64,000 bases of DNA, taken from Thermodesulfobacteriota bacterium (GTDB lineage Bacteria > Desulfobacterota > Desulfobacteria > Desulfobacterales > JARGFK01). The stretch lies in the NCBI GenBank assembly GCA_040757625.1, contig JBFLWU010000015.1, positions 7,684 to 71,683 on the forward strand, given 5' to 3'. The position numbers and the translations under genes were made by a program. This document shows positions 17,603 through 25,242 of this stretch, piece after piece (positions within the stretch are counted from its first letter, which is position 1; each line of letters opens with the position of its first letter). Under the pieces are notes generated by a model. It saw only the letters and a program-made list of their open reading frames with translations. It ran no database searches and was not told where the DNA came from.

Positions 17603-18592
17603 GTGAAACATGTCCATCTCAGTGTTGCAATCAGCGATTACGACCATGTACGCGATTTTCTGGACGGAACCGTCAGGGCGGAGGGGATTGAAATAACCTA
17701 TCTGAACCTGGTTCACGAGGAGATATTCTACCGCTTTATAAAGTTCAGAGAGTGGGATGTTTCCGAAATATCGTTCGCCAAGTATGTTTCACTGGTTTCG
17801 CAGGGCGACAACAGCCTGGTCGCCATACCCGTATTCCCTTCGCGCGCATTTCGCTTGAGTTCGATCTATATTCACCGTGACGGCGGCATCAGCCGACCGC
17901 AAGACCTGGCCGGCAAAAAGATCGGCATACCCGAGTGGGCCCAGACCGCGTCCGTGTATACCCGCGGATATCTTGTGCACCAGATCGGCATTGCGCTGGA
18001 GAAGATCGCCTGGTACCAGGCCGGCGTCAATGCCCCGGGCCGGGCCGAGAAGGTTGCATTGAAAATCCCGGCCGGGGTGCGATACACGCCGGTGCCCGAC
18101 CGCTCCTTAACGGATATGCTGCTTTCAAAAGACTTGGATGCGGTGATGACGGCCCGCCCGCCCCAGGCCTTTGTTGACGGCAGCCCTGAAATCGTTCGCC
18201 TGTTTCCGGATTTTATTACTGTGGAAGAAGCCTACTGGCGGGATACGGGCATATTTCCCGTCATGCATGTAATCGTCATCCGGGCGGAAGTCCTGCAGCG
18301 ACATCCCTGGGTGGCAATGAATTTATACAAGGCGCTGGAAGAGGCCAAGCGGCGAAGCATCGAACGGGCGCTGGATGTAGCCGCTGTGCGCTTTCCGATT
18401 CCCTGGGGATATGAATATGCCGGCCGCGCCGTCAGGATTTTCGGAGAGGATTTCTGGCCGTATGGGATCGAGCCGAACCGCAGGACCCTTGAGGCTTTCC
18501 TGCAGTATGCCCATGAGCAGGGGGTCTGTCATCGCCGCTTAAAACCGGAGGAACTTTTTCCGGAGACGGTGCAGAGCAGGTTTGTCGTATGA
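17603..18592 (+). CDS. 4,5-dihydroxyphthalate decarboxylase-like protein (solute-binding-protein fold, no signal peptide)
   Basis: GTG start at 17603 with AAGGAGGG 5 nt upstream. Blocks ISDYDHVRDF, FREWDVSEISFAKY, VAIPVFPSRAFR and GKKIGIPEW resemble the PhtD/Pht5 family. Confidence 0.65.
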   Translation: MKHVHLSVAISDYDHVRDFLDGTVRAEGIEITYLNLVHEEIFYRFIKFREWDVSEISFAKYVSLVSQGDNSLVAIPVFPSRAFRLSSIYIHRDGGISRPQDLAGKKIGIPEWAQTASVYTRGYLVHQIGIALEKIAWYQAGVNAPGRAEKVALKIPAGVRYTPVPDRSLTDMLLSKDLDAVMTARPPQAFVDGSPEIVRLFPDFITVEEAYWRDTGIFPVMHVIVIRAEVLQRHPWVAMNLYKALEEAKRRSIERALDVAAVRFPIPWGYEYAGRAVRIFGEDFWPYGIEPNRRTLEAFLQYAHEQGVCHRRLKPEELFPETVQSRFVV

Positions 18593-18825
18593 TCAAGGGT
18601 AATAGGGGGCTGGGATTCAAGGGTTCATGGGGAAAAAAAACAATGGCCGGGAAGCTCGGAGGCAAAAGCAGCAGGCCGTAAGCAGTAGGCAGAAGATAGA
18701 AGTCGGAAGGCAGGGACATTCTAATTCTGACACTTGAATCCCTGGCCTCTTGACCCCTGGAATCCTTTTCCCAAGGTGCTGGAAAAAGACAGACATCCAA
18801 TCTTTTTCACCAAAGAGGGCATAAC

Positions 18826-19410
18826 ATGATCAAAAAACAAGCAGTGTATTTTGAACGCGGCGGAAGTGAAAATACCGAGGCCGTTATTGATATCGTTTAC
18901 GAACGCCTTCAGGAGGGCGATATCAAGAGCGTGGTGGTGGCAAGCTCCCGGGGGGCCACCGGCCTGAAGTTTGCCAAACGGATGGCAACGGAAACCAACC
19001 TGGTGATCGTGTCTTCCCACCCCGGGCGCAGCAAGCCGGGGGTGTGGGACTTTGACCGGCAAATACTGAAGGAACTGGAGGAGATGAAGTGCCCGGTGAT
19101 CCGGCAGACCCACGTACTGTCGGGGCTGGACCGGAGTTTCAGCCAGAAGTTTTCAGGTGTTTCCCACACCGAGATTTTAGCTGAGTGTTTGCGGACCCTT
19201 TTCGGCACCGGCATTAAAGTTGCCGTTGAATGCGCGATCATGGCGGCGGACGGGGGCGCGATCCCCATCGAGAAAACCATCGCCGTGGGAGGCACCTCGG
19301 CCAAGGGAAGAGGGTCTGATTGCGCCATTGTCTGCCTGCCGGCCCATGCCAGTAATTTTTTTGATTTCAGAGTGCTGGAACTACTGGCCAAACCGTTTCG
19401 CAGAGATTAG
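18826..19410 (+). CDS. pyruvate kinase alpha/beta (C-terminal)-domain-like protein
   Basis: 194 aa. N-terminus AVYFERGGSENTEAVIDIVYERL..IKSVVVASSRGATG is typical of stand-alone PK_C-like proteins. Confidence 0.65.
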   Translation: MIKKQAVYFERGGSENTEAVIDIVYERLQEGDIKSVVVASSRGATGLKFAKRMATETNLVIVSSHPGRSKPGVWDFDRQILKELEEMKCPVIRQTHVLSGLDRSFSQKFSGVSHTEILAECLRTLFGTGIKVAVECAIMAADGGAIPIEKTIAVGGTSAKGRGSDCAIVCLPAHASNFFDFRVLELLAKPFRRD

Positions 19411-19615
19411 AAACAGCTCAAGGACATTAACGCCTTGAAGCCATCCTCGGCTTACAGCTGAAGGGAACACAGAATGTAGGTCCAGCACGCTATTGTGATA
19501 TATTGATTTAACGTGCTTTACGGAACAATTCGCCGGCTGGGGTATGCAATGTGAGTTTTTCTGACAGGCGGTCAATATTTCAACATCGTACGCTATGAAA
19601 GAATGGGGAGCGCAA

Positions 19616-20110
19616 ATGAATGACATCGGCATATTAGAAAATAAGAAGATCTTACTTGTGGATGATGAACCGGATGTACTGGAGACCATTAAGGAACTGC
19701 TGTATATGTGTGTCATTGACGCGGCAATGAGTTTTGAGACAGCCGAAATTCTTCTAAACCGAAATACATATGATGTTGCGGTGTTGGATATAATGGGTGT
19801 CAAGGGGTACGATCTTCTAGAGATCGCCAATCAGAAAGGCATCCCTGCGCTGATGCTGACGGCCAACGCCCTCAGTCCTGATAATTTCAGCAGATCCATC
19901 ATGGCGGGGGCAAAAGCTTACATCCCTAAAGAGAAAATGTCGGAAATTGCCGTTTATCTGGCGGATTTCCTGAGATATCAGTCGGGACAGCAGAAACATT
20001 TCCACTGGTTTTTTCAGCTGAGGGCGTTTTTTGAATCGCAGTTCGGAAAGGACTGGATAGAAAAATATGAAGAATTAAAGGCTAAGTATGGACTGTCCGA
20101 CGATGAATAA
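19616..20110 (+). CDS. receiver-domain-only response regulator (CheY-like)
   Basis: ATG 19616 (GGGGAG RBS). KILLVDDEPDV...LDIMGV...LTAN...K receiver pattern. No DNA-binding output domain. Confidence 0.8.
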   Translation: MNDIGILENKKILLVDDEPDVLETIKELLYMCVIDAAMSFETAEILLNRNTYDVAVLDIMGVKGYDLLEIANQKGIPALMLTANALSPDNFSRSIMAGAKAYIPKEKMSEIAVYLADFLRYQSGQQKHFHWFFQLRAFFESQFGKDWIEKYEELKAKYGLSDDE

Positions 20111-20161
20111 GTGCTTTTTTTGTTTAGGCCAATCCATCATTATTTCTGATAAGGAGGCACG

Positions 20162-21805
20162 ATGGCCGATAGAAGGTATACAAACTTAGGCGAACACCTT
20201 CAGATACTGGAACAAAAAGGGTTGCTGGTCAGGGTCGCCCGGGCAATCAATAAGGACACGGAACTGCATCCGCTGGTGCGGTGGCAGTTCCGCAGCAGCC
20301 TGCCGGAGTCCCAGCGCAAGGGGTTTCTCTTTGAAAACGTGGTCGATGCCAAGGGAAGGCATTATGATTTTCCGGTGGCCGTGGGCGTGCTGGCCTCCAA
20401 TCCGGAGATATACGCTGCCGGGCTTCAGTGCCGCGTGGAGGAAATCGTTACCAGATGGGAAAAAGCCATGGCAAACCCGATCGAACCGGTCGAGGTGAAA
20501 TCGGGTCCGGTGCAGGATGTGGTTTATGAAGGGGGGGCGCTGGATGCTGTCGGGGGACTGGGCATGCTGCCGGTGCCGATTTCAACGCCGGGCTTTGACA
20601 ATGCGCCCTATACCACCTGCTCCCACTGGATGACCAAAGACCTTGAGACCGGCATTCAGAACTCTGGCAACTATCGCGGTCAGATCAAGGGGCCCCGTAA
20701 AATCGGGTGCTATAATCAGCCCGGCCAGCATTTTACCCTTCACCTGGAAAAGTATAAGGAAAAGGGTATTCCCATGGACGCCGCCCTGGTTATCGGCGGC
20801 CCGCCGGTGGTGTCCTATGCCACGGTTCAGAAAGTTCCTTACGGCGTCAATGAAATGGCCGTTGCCGGTGCACTGGCCGGTGAGCCGATCCACATGGTTC
20901 GCTGCAGGACCGTCGACCTGCTGGTGCCGTCCGAGGCAGAGCTGGTCATCGAGGGAAAAGTCAATACCGAATTCTATGAACCCGAGGGACCCTTCGGCGA
21001 ATCCCACGGCCATATGCACCCGCGGGAGCTCAGCCCCTTCATGGACGTTACCGCCATTACCCATCGAAAGGGGATGGTGTATGTTTCCTTTATCAGCCAG
21101 GTGACGCCCAGCGAAAGCAGTGTGATTAAAAAAGTCGGTTATGATCCCCTGTTTCTGCATTTTCTGCGGAATCAGGCCGGCATCAAGAATGTCGTTCGCG
21201 TTAAGATGCATGAGGAAATGACCAATCTGCGCAAGGTGATTTTTATTCAGATGCGCGCGCCTTCCGAAGCCGAGGCCTGGCGGGCATTGATGCTGGCGGC
21301 GGGGTTTCATCAGGGGGTCGGTAAAATCCTGGTGGCCGTGGATGAGGACATCAACGTGGACGACATGGATGCGCTGCTCTGGGCGATCAGCTATCGCTGT
21401 ACTCCCCATAAGGATATTCAGATCATTACCGGCCAGGAAAAAGGGCATGCGCCGCCGTTTGATTATTTTAAGGGATTGACGGAAGACCGGGTCGTTTTCC
21501 AGGAACCTGCGGATGACAGCTCCGTGCTGATCAATGCGGTGTTAAAACGACCGTTTCCGCCGGTTTCGCTTCCCAGGAGAGAATTTATGGAGCGTGCCGC
21601 CCGGATATGGGAAGAGCTGGGGCTGCCGAAAATCGAAAAAAAATACCCCTGGTACGGCTATTCCCTCGGACAATGGGACGAAGAGCTCGAAGAGGAAGCC
21701 GAACTGGCGCTCAAGGGCGAGCACTATCAGACCGGCAATAAGCTGGCGCAAAACAAGGTAAAAATGTCAAAAAAGAAAAGCCCCCTGGCCGGCTCTTATA
21801 AATGA
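20162..21805 (+). CDS. UbiD-family decarboxylase, long form L2 (547 aa), paralog of L1
   Basis: AAGGAGG RBS. Alignable with L1 along its full length (MA.RRY..L..HL..LE.KGLLVRV.R.INKDTELHPLVRWQ..., same GYSLGQWDEELE tail). Confidence 0.9.
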   Translation: MADRRYTNLGEHLQILEQKGLLVRVARAINKDTELHPLVRWQFRSSLPESQRKGFLFENVVDAKGRHYDFPVAVGVLASNPEIYAAGLQCRVEEIVTRWEKAMANPIEPVEVKSGPVQDVVYEGGALDAVGGLGMLPVPISTPGFDNAPYTTCSHWMTKDLETGIQNSGNYRGQIKGPRKIGCYNQPGQHFTLHLEKYKEKGIPMDAALVIGGPPVVSYATVQKVPYGVNEMAVAGALAGEPIHMVRCRTVDLLVPSEAELVIEGKVNTEFYEPEGPFGESHGHMHPRELSPFMDVTAITHRKGMVYVSFISQVTPSESSVIKKVGYDPLFLHFLRNQAGIKNVVRVKMHEEMTNLRKVIFIQMRAPSEAEAWRALMLAAGFHQGVGKILVAVDEDINVDDMDALLWAISYRCTPHKDIQIITGQEKGHAPPFDYFKGLTEDRVVFQEPADDSSVLINAVLKRPFPPVSLPRREFMERAARIWEELGLPKIEKKYPWYGYSLGQWDEELEEEAELALKGEHYQTGNKLAQNKVKMSKKKSPLAGSYK

Positions 21806-21936
21806 GGACTTTGAAAACGGTCCGATTTTTTGTCGTGCTGATTCGAATCCGGACACCTGGGCGCCATAGGGTTCATGCCGGCCGAATCCAAAATACGGCC
21901 GCGACTTTTATAAGTTATTTCCGGGACGCAACACTA

Positions 21937-22629
21937 TCAGGGTTGCGCCAACCGGCGCACATAATAGTTCCAGAACTCCTGGATATTTTTGGAATAGAAA
22001 ACCTGTTCGCCCTTGCCGGCCGACTCACTGGCGCCGGTAGCGGTTAAGGCCCCGATTTGCATCGCCGTGACCTGCAGCTTTGCCGCTCTTTCCAGCAGGG
22101 CGGCATAAACGGTCGCCTCTTCAACGGACGTTCCCGCCACCACCACACCGTGATTCTGCATGAGAAGGGCCCGGTGCCCGCCGAGAGCTCCGGCCACTTT
22201 GCCCCCGAGCTCAACGGAGCGGATCAGAAGGGTTGTTTCCTTAAAAACCGGAATGTTGCTGAACAGGCTGCCCTCATGGCTGATGGTTTGAATGGTATGG
22301 CCGGCAGCGGACAAAGCGATGCAGTAGAACGGATGGGTATGGATAACGCAATGGATATGGGGGTTCTTTTTGTAAATTTCAGTATGAATCGGAAATTCCG
22401 AATGTTTACGACCGGCGCCGGCAAGCTGGTTGCCCTCAAAATCGATGAGGATCATATCCTCGGGCGTCATCTCTTCCAGGCCGAGATCATGCGGGTTCAT
22501 GTGTAAAAAATCATCTCCGGGCCGACGCGCGGTGATATGTCCCATGGTAAGGTTCCCATGACCGGTCATCACCAGAATTTTACAGGCCAGAGCCAGTTTT
22601 CGTGACAATTCGGTATCAATCTGCATCAT
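21937..22629 (-). CDS. class II aldolase/adducin-fold protein
   Basis: Trimmed to ATG 22629 (AAGGAGGAAC upstream). VIHTHPFYCIALS His cluster. Confidence 0.85.
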   Translation of the reverse strand: MMQIDTELSRKLALACKILVMTGHGNLTMGHITARRPGDDFLHMNPHDLGLEEMTPEDMILIDFEGNQLAGAGRKHSEFPIHTEIYKKNPHIHCVIHTHPFYCIALSAAGHTIQTISHEGSLFSNIPVFKETTLLIRSVELGGKVAGALGGHRALLMQNHGVVVAGTSVEEATVYAALLERAAKLQVTAMQIGALTATGASESAGKGEQVFYSKNIQEFWNYYVRRLAQP

Positions 22630-22799
22630 GCTGTTCCTCCTTGTGAAGCGAAAGGGTTTGTCGGCCGACTTCATAAATAGTCAAATTAAGGATCTTTCAT
22701 TAAATGTCATCTCAAAAAAAACATGTCTAATTGATTAAGAGGAAGTGGAAAAAAATATCTATGGAGTGAACCGTCGTCACTTCACAGTTTGCCGGCGCT

Positions 22800-23069
22800 C
22801 CGGCCTGGGATAGCCCCTCCCCCAGTGGGAGCCGTAATCAGAGATTACTGATCCCTATCACGTTCCCTGACCCTTGCGCTGATCCGGAACAGGCAGCGAC
22901 GATCATCATCGTCGCGGCTGTCAGCCTGTGAGGCTGGATCAATGGAACTTGAGCGGGATCGCTGCCGGGCAGTAATGATTCGATAAATACTGATGATTAC
23001 GGCTCCCGGGCCGGAACGGAGAACATGTAAAATAGTCAGCGCCTCCTGAAATAATTATATTTTTTTGAG
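22800..23069 (+). repeat. conserved intergenic element with predicted secondary structure, copy 1 (possible ncRNA or MITE-like element)
   Basis: A perfect 14-bp closing stem (22827..22840 with 22994..23007) encloses core blocks shared with copies 2 and 3: AGATT, TTGCGCTG, GAACAGGCAG, CAATGGAACTTGAGCG, GCTGCCGGG, TTCGATA. The tail ends in TATTTTTTTGAG. Confidence 0.7.
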
Positions 23070-23298
23070 ATAGCTTTTAAATAAACGGTTACCTCAAAAA
23101 ATAAAAGAAAAAAATGCAAGCCGGACCAACGTACCGCCGTGTTCAATCCGAAATCGTCACCACGAGACCATGAGTGCAATTTTTCAATTGATTTTGGAGT
23201 CGTTTTTGAGTAATTTTTTACACATATTAGCCCCCATCTGAATTTGAACCTCTCAAGACTTCCACGTATAAAAAGCGGACGACTGAATGATATTTTCC

Positions 23299-23353
23299 TT
23301 GACAATTTAAAATGCCTTTGGCAATAGTTACAAAGTAGCTAATATGTAGTTAC
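23299..23353 (+). promoter_or_regulatory. sigma70-like promoter (TTGACA, extended TG-n-CAATAG) with operator D (TAGTTAC-AAA-GTAGCTA) plus an extra half-site
   Basis: -35 at 23299..23304, operator at 23325..23341, third TAGTTAC at 23347..23353. It lies about 150 nt upstream of the UbiD ATG at 23498. Confidence 0.5.
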
Positions 23354-23497
23354 ATATATCTTGGCCCGGCGGATCGGTGACATCCCAAAAATCCACTTCA
23401 ATGATCTTTTATTATATTAATCGGTATCAGTTGGCAGGGGCTCTAAAAGTCACCCGTTTTTTATCATCAATATAAGCAATCAGAGGAGGTCAATTCG

Positions 23498-25042
23498 ATG
23501 GCAAATGAACATCTCAGAAGTTTAAGGTCAACCCTGGATTGGTTGAAGAAAGACGGTCTGGTTCTGGAAACGGACCGCGAGGTTGATCCCAAATGCGAAA
23601 TGACGGCCTTGCAGAAACGCATGGACGGCGGCCCGCCCATGGTCTTTAACAAGGTCAAGGGGTATGACAATGCCCGGCTGGCGACCAACGTATTCGGTTC
23701 GGATAAAATCGTAGCGAAAATGTTCGGCTGCAAGGACCGCAAGGAATTAAAATTCAAGATCCATGAGGGCATTCTCAACCCCATGGAGCCGCGGATCGTC
23801 GAAGATGCTCCCTGCCAGGAAGTTGTCATTGATAAGAACATCGACGTCTGGCCGGTGATTCCCATGATCCAGCACACTCTCAAAGATCCCGGCCGCACCC
23901 TCGGCGCCGGCAAAACCCTGGCCGGCCCCAAACAGTTCTGGGGCGGCTGGCATATTTCATACAACCGCATGAGCTTTCGGGAAGATTTGCACTGGAAAGA
24001 CAAATCCACCTTTCAGATTTCGCCGGGATCCCATACCGACCAGATCGCCACCCATTTCTACAAAAAAGAACCGATTCCCTTCAGCATCAACATCGGCATC
24101 CCGCCGGCCGCCACCCTGATGGCCGGGGCCGGTTTCATGTACACGATCATTCCCCGGGGTTTCAATGAACTGGGGATCGGTGCGCGCATGCAGGGCTTCC
24201 CGATCGATGTGGTGAAATGCAAGACCGTCGATGCCTATGCCATTGCCGAGGCGGAATACGTCATCGAAGGCTACCTGGATACCACCAAGAAATTGTGGGA
24301 AAGCCCGCTGGCTGAAAAAGATCAGATGCAGGGGGTTTATCCCTTCCATCCGGAATGGTCCGGGTATTTCGGGAAAGCCTATCGTACCTGGCAGTTCAAC
24401 GTTACGGGGATCACCCATCGGAAGAAGAAACCGATCTACGACCCGCTGTGCGTCCACAGTTATGACGACCACAACATCGACGTGCTGGTTCGGGAAGCCT
24501 GCTTTTTCGAACTGGCCGAGCGGGTCAGTCCCGGCTTCTGCGTCGACACCCATATTCCCATGTGTATTCCGGACTGGGGCGGGGTTCTGTTCCAGGTCAA
24601 GAAACGCCGGGCGCGCGACGAGGGGTATCCGCGCAATATACTGGCGGCGGCGCTTTCCTGCTCGCTGGGCGCCAGGTTTGCCATGGTGGTCGATCCGGAC
24701 ATCAACCTGTATTCCATGGATGACATCATGTGGGCCATGTCCACCCGGGTGGACGCCAATGACGACATCATGGTGGTGGCGCCGGGCGGCATGGGGCAGA
24801 CCTTTCAGCCGGCGGAAAGAAGTTCGGCCGGGGAAAAACAATGGACTCAGAGCAATATCCGATTTTCCGGAGCCATCGGCATCGACGCGACGGTGCCCTA
24901 TCAGTATCAGGATGCGTTTGAACGCGCCAGCTACCCCATCGAGCTGGTCAAACTGGAAGACTGGTTTACGAAAGATCAGATCAAGCTGGCCCAGTCTTAT
25001 CAGGAAGCTTACGCCAAGTGGTTCTCTGAATCCGGAATTTAG
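23498..25042 (+). CDS. UbiD-family decarboxylase, 514 aa (U3); candidate aryl-dicarboxyl-CoA (phthaloyl-CoA-type) decarboxylase
   Basis: GAGGAGG RBS. UbiD blocks FAMVVDPDIN and IMWAMSTR. The substrate inference rests only on synteny with two family III CoA-transferases, SucCD and UbiX. Confidence 0.85.
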   Translation: MANEHLRSLRSTLDWLKKDGLVLETDREVDPKCEMTALQKRMDGGPPMVFNKVKGYDNARLATNVFGSDKIVAKMFGCKDRKELKFKIHEGILNPMEPRIVEDAPCQEVVIDKNIDVWPVIPMIQHTLKDPGRTLGAGKTLAGPKQFWGGWHISYNRMSFREDLHWKDKSTFQISPGSHTDQIATHFYKKEPIPFSINIGIPPAATLMAGAGFMYTIIPRGFNELGIGARMQGFPIDVVKCKTVDAYAIAEAEYVIEGYLDTTKKLWESPLAEKDQMQGVYPFHPEWSGYFGKAYRTWQFNVTGITHRKKKPIYDPLCVHSYDDHNIDVLVREACFFELAERVSPGFCVDTHIPMCIPDWGGVLFQVKKRRARDEGYPRNILAAALSCSLGARFAMVVDPDINLYSMDDIMWAMSTRVDANDDIMVVAPGGMGQTFQPAERSSAGEKQWTQSNIRFSGAIGIDATVPYQYQDAFERASYPIELVKLEDWFTKDQIKLAQSYQEAYAKWFSESGI

Positions 25043-25068
25043 TCTTCCGGTTTGAAATAGCAAGAAGA

Positions 25069-25104
25069 ATCTGCCGCGCATCCCGGCTGAGATGCGCGGC
25101 AGAT
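25069..25104 (+). terminator. 14-bp perfect hairpin after U3 (attenuator/processing site; no T-tract)
   Basis: ATCTGCCGCGCATC - CCGGCTGA - GATGCGCGGCAGAT. Confidence 0.35.
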
Positions 25105-25242
25105 CTTACGTTCTGTAACAATTTGTTCTTCCGGTATAACGTATTATTGAAGAACGTTCCTGCAGCTCCTTTTCGGTATTACCTGAAAGCATTTTTCAGG
25201 GTCTGTCCAATCAATTTTTTTCACTAAACAAAGGACAACCAA

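Noticed and set aside
18593-18825. Intergenic region with a 10-bp inverted repeat (GGGATTCAAG at about 18613 and CTTGAATCCC at about 18733) enclosing a purine-rich stretch, plus TGG...-containing segments that I screened as a possible sigma54 promoter.
   Set aside because: The arms are about 110 nt apart and the sequence does not recur elsewhere in the window. The TGGC-N-TTGC spacing needed for a -24/-12 promoter is not met. I could not support any specific function.
22827-22840. The 5' arm of the repeated element (GGGAGCCGTAATCA) resembles the GAGCCGTAT 5' strand of group II intron domain V.
   Set aside because: The complementary strand lies about 150 nt away (or upstream in copy 2), not in a ~34-nt hairpin. 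There is no reverse transcriptase/maturase ORF and there are no intron boundary motifs. The similarity is probably coincidental.
23036-23305. An 89-aa ORF on the minus strand in the AT-rich spacer upstream of UbiD U3. Similar small ORFs lie at 48348-48617(-), 5846-6157(-) and 62179-62451(-).
   Set aside because: They have no RBS, odd composition and overlap predicted promoter/operator DNA or the repeated element's tail. They are most likely non-coding.
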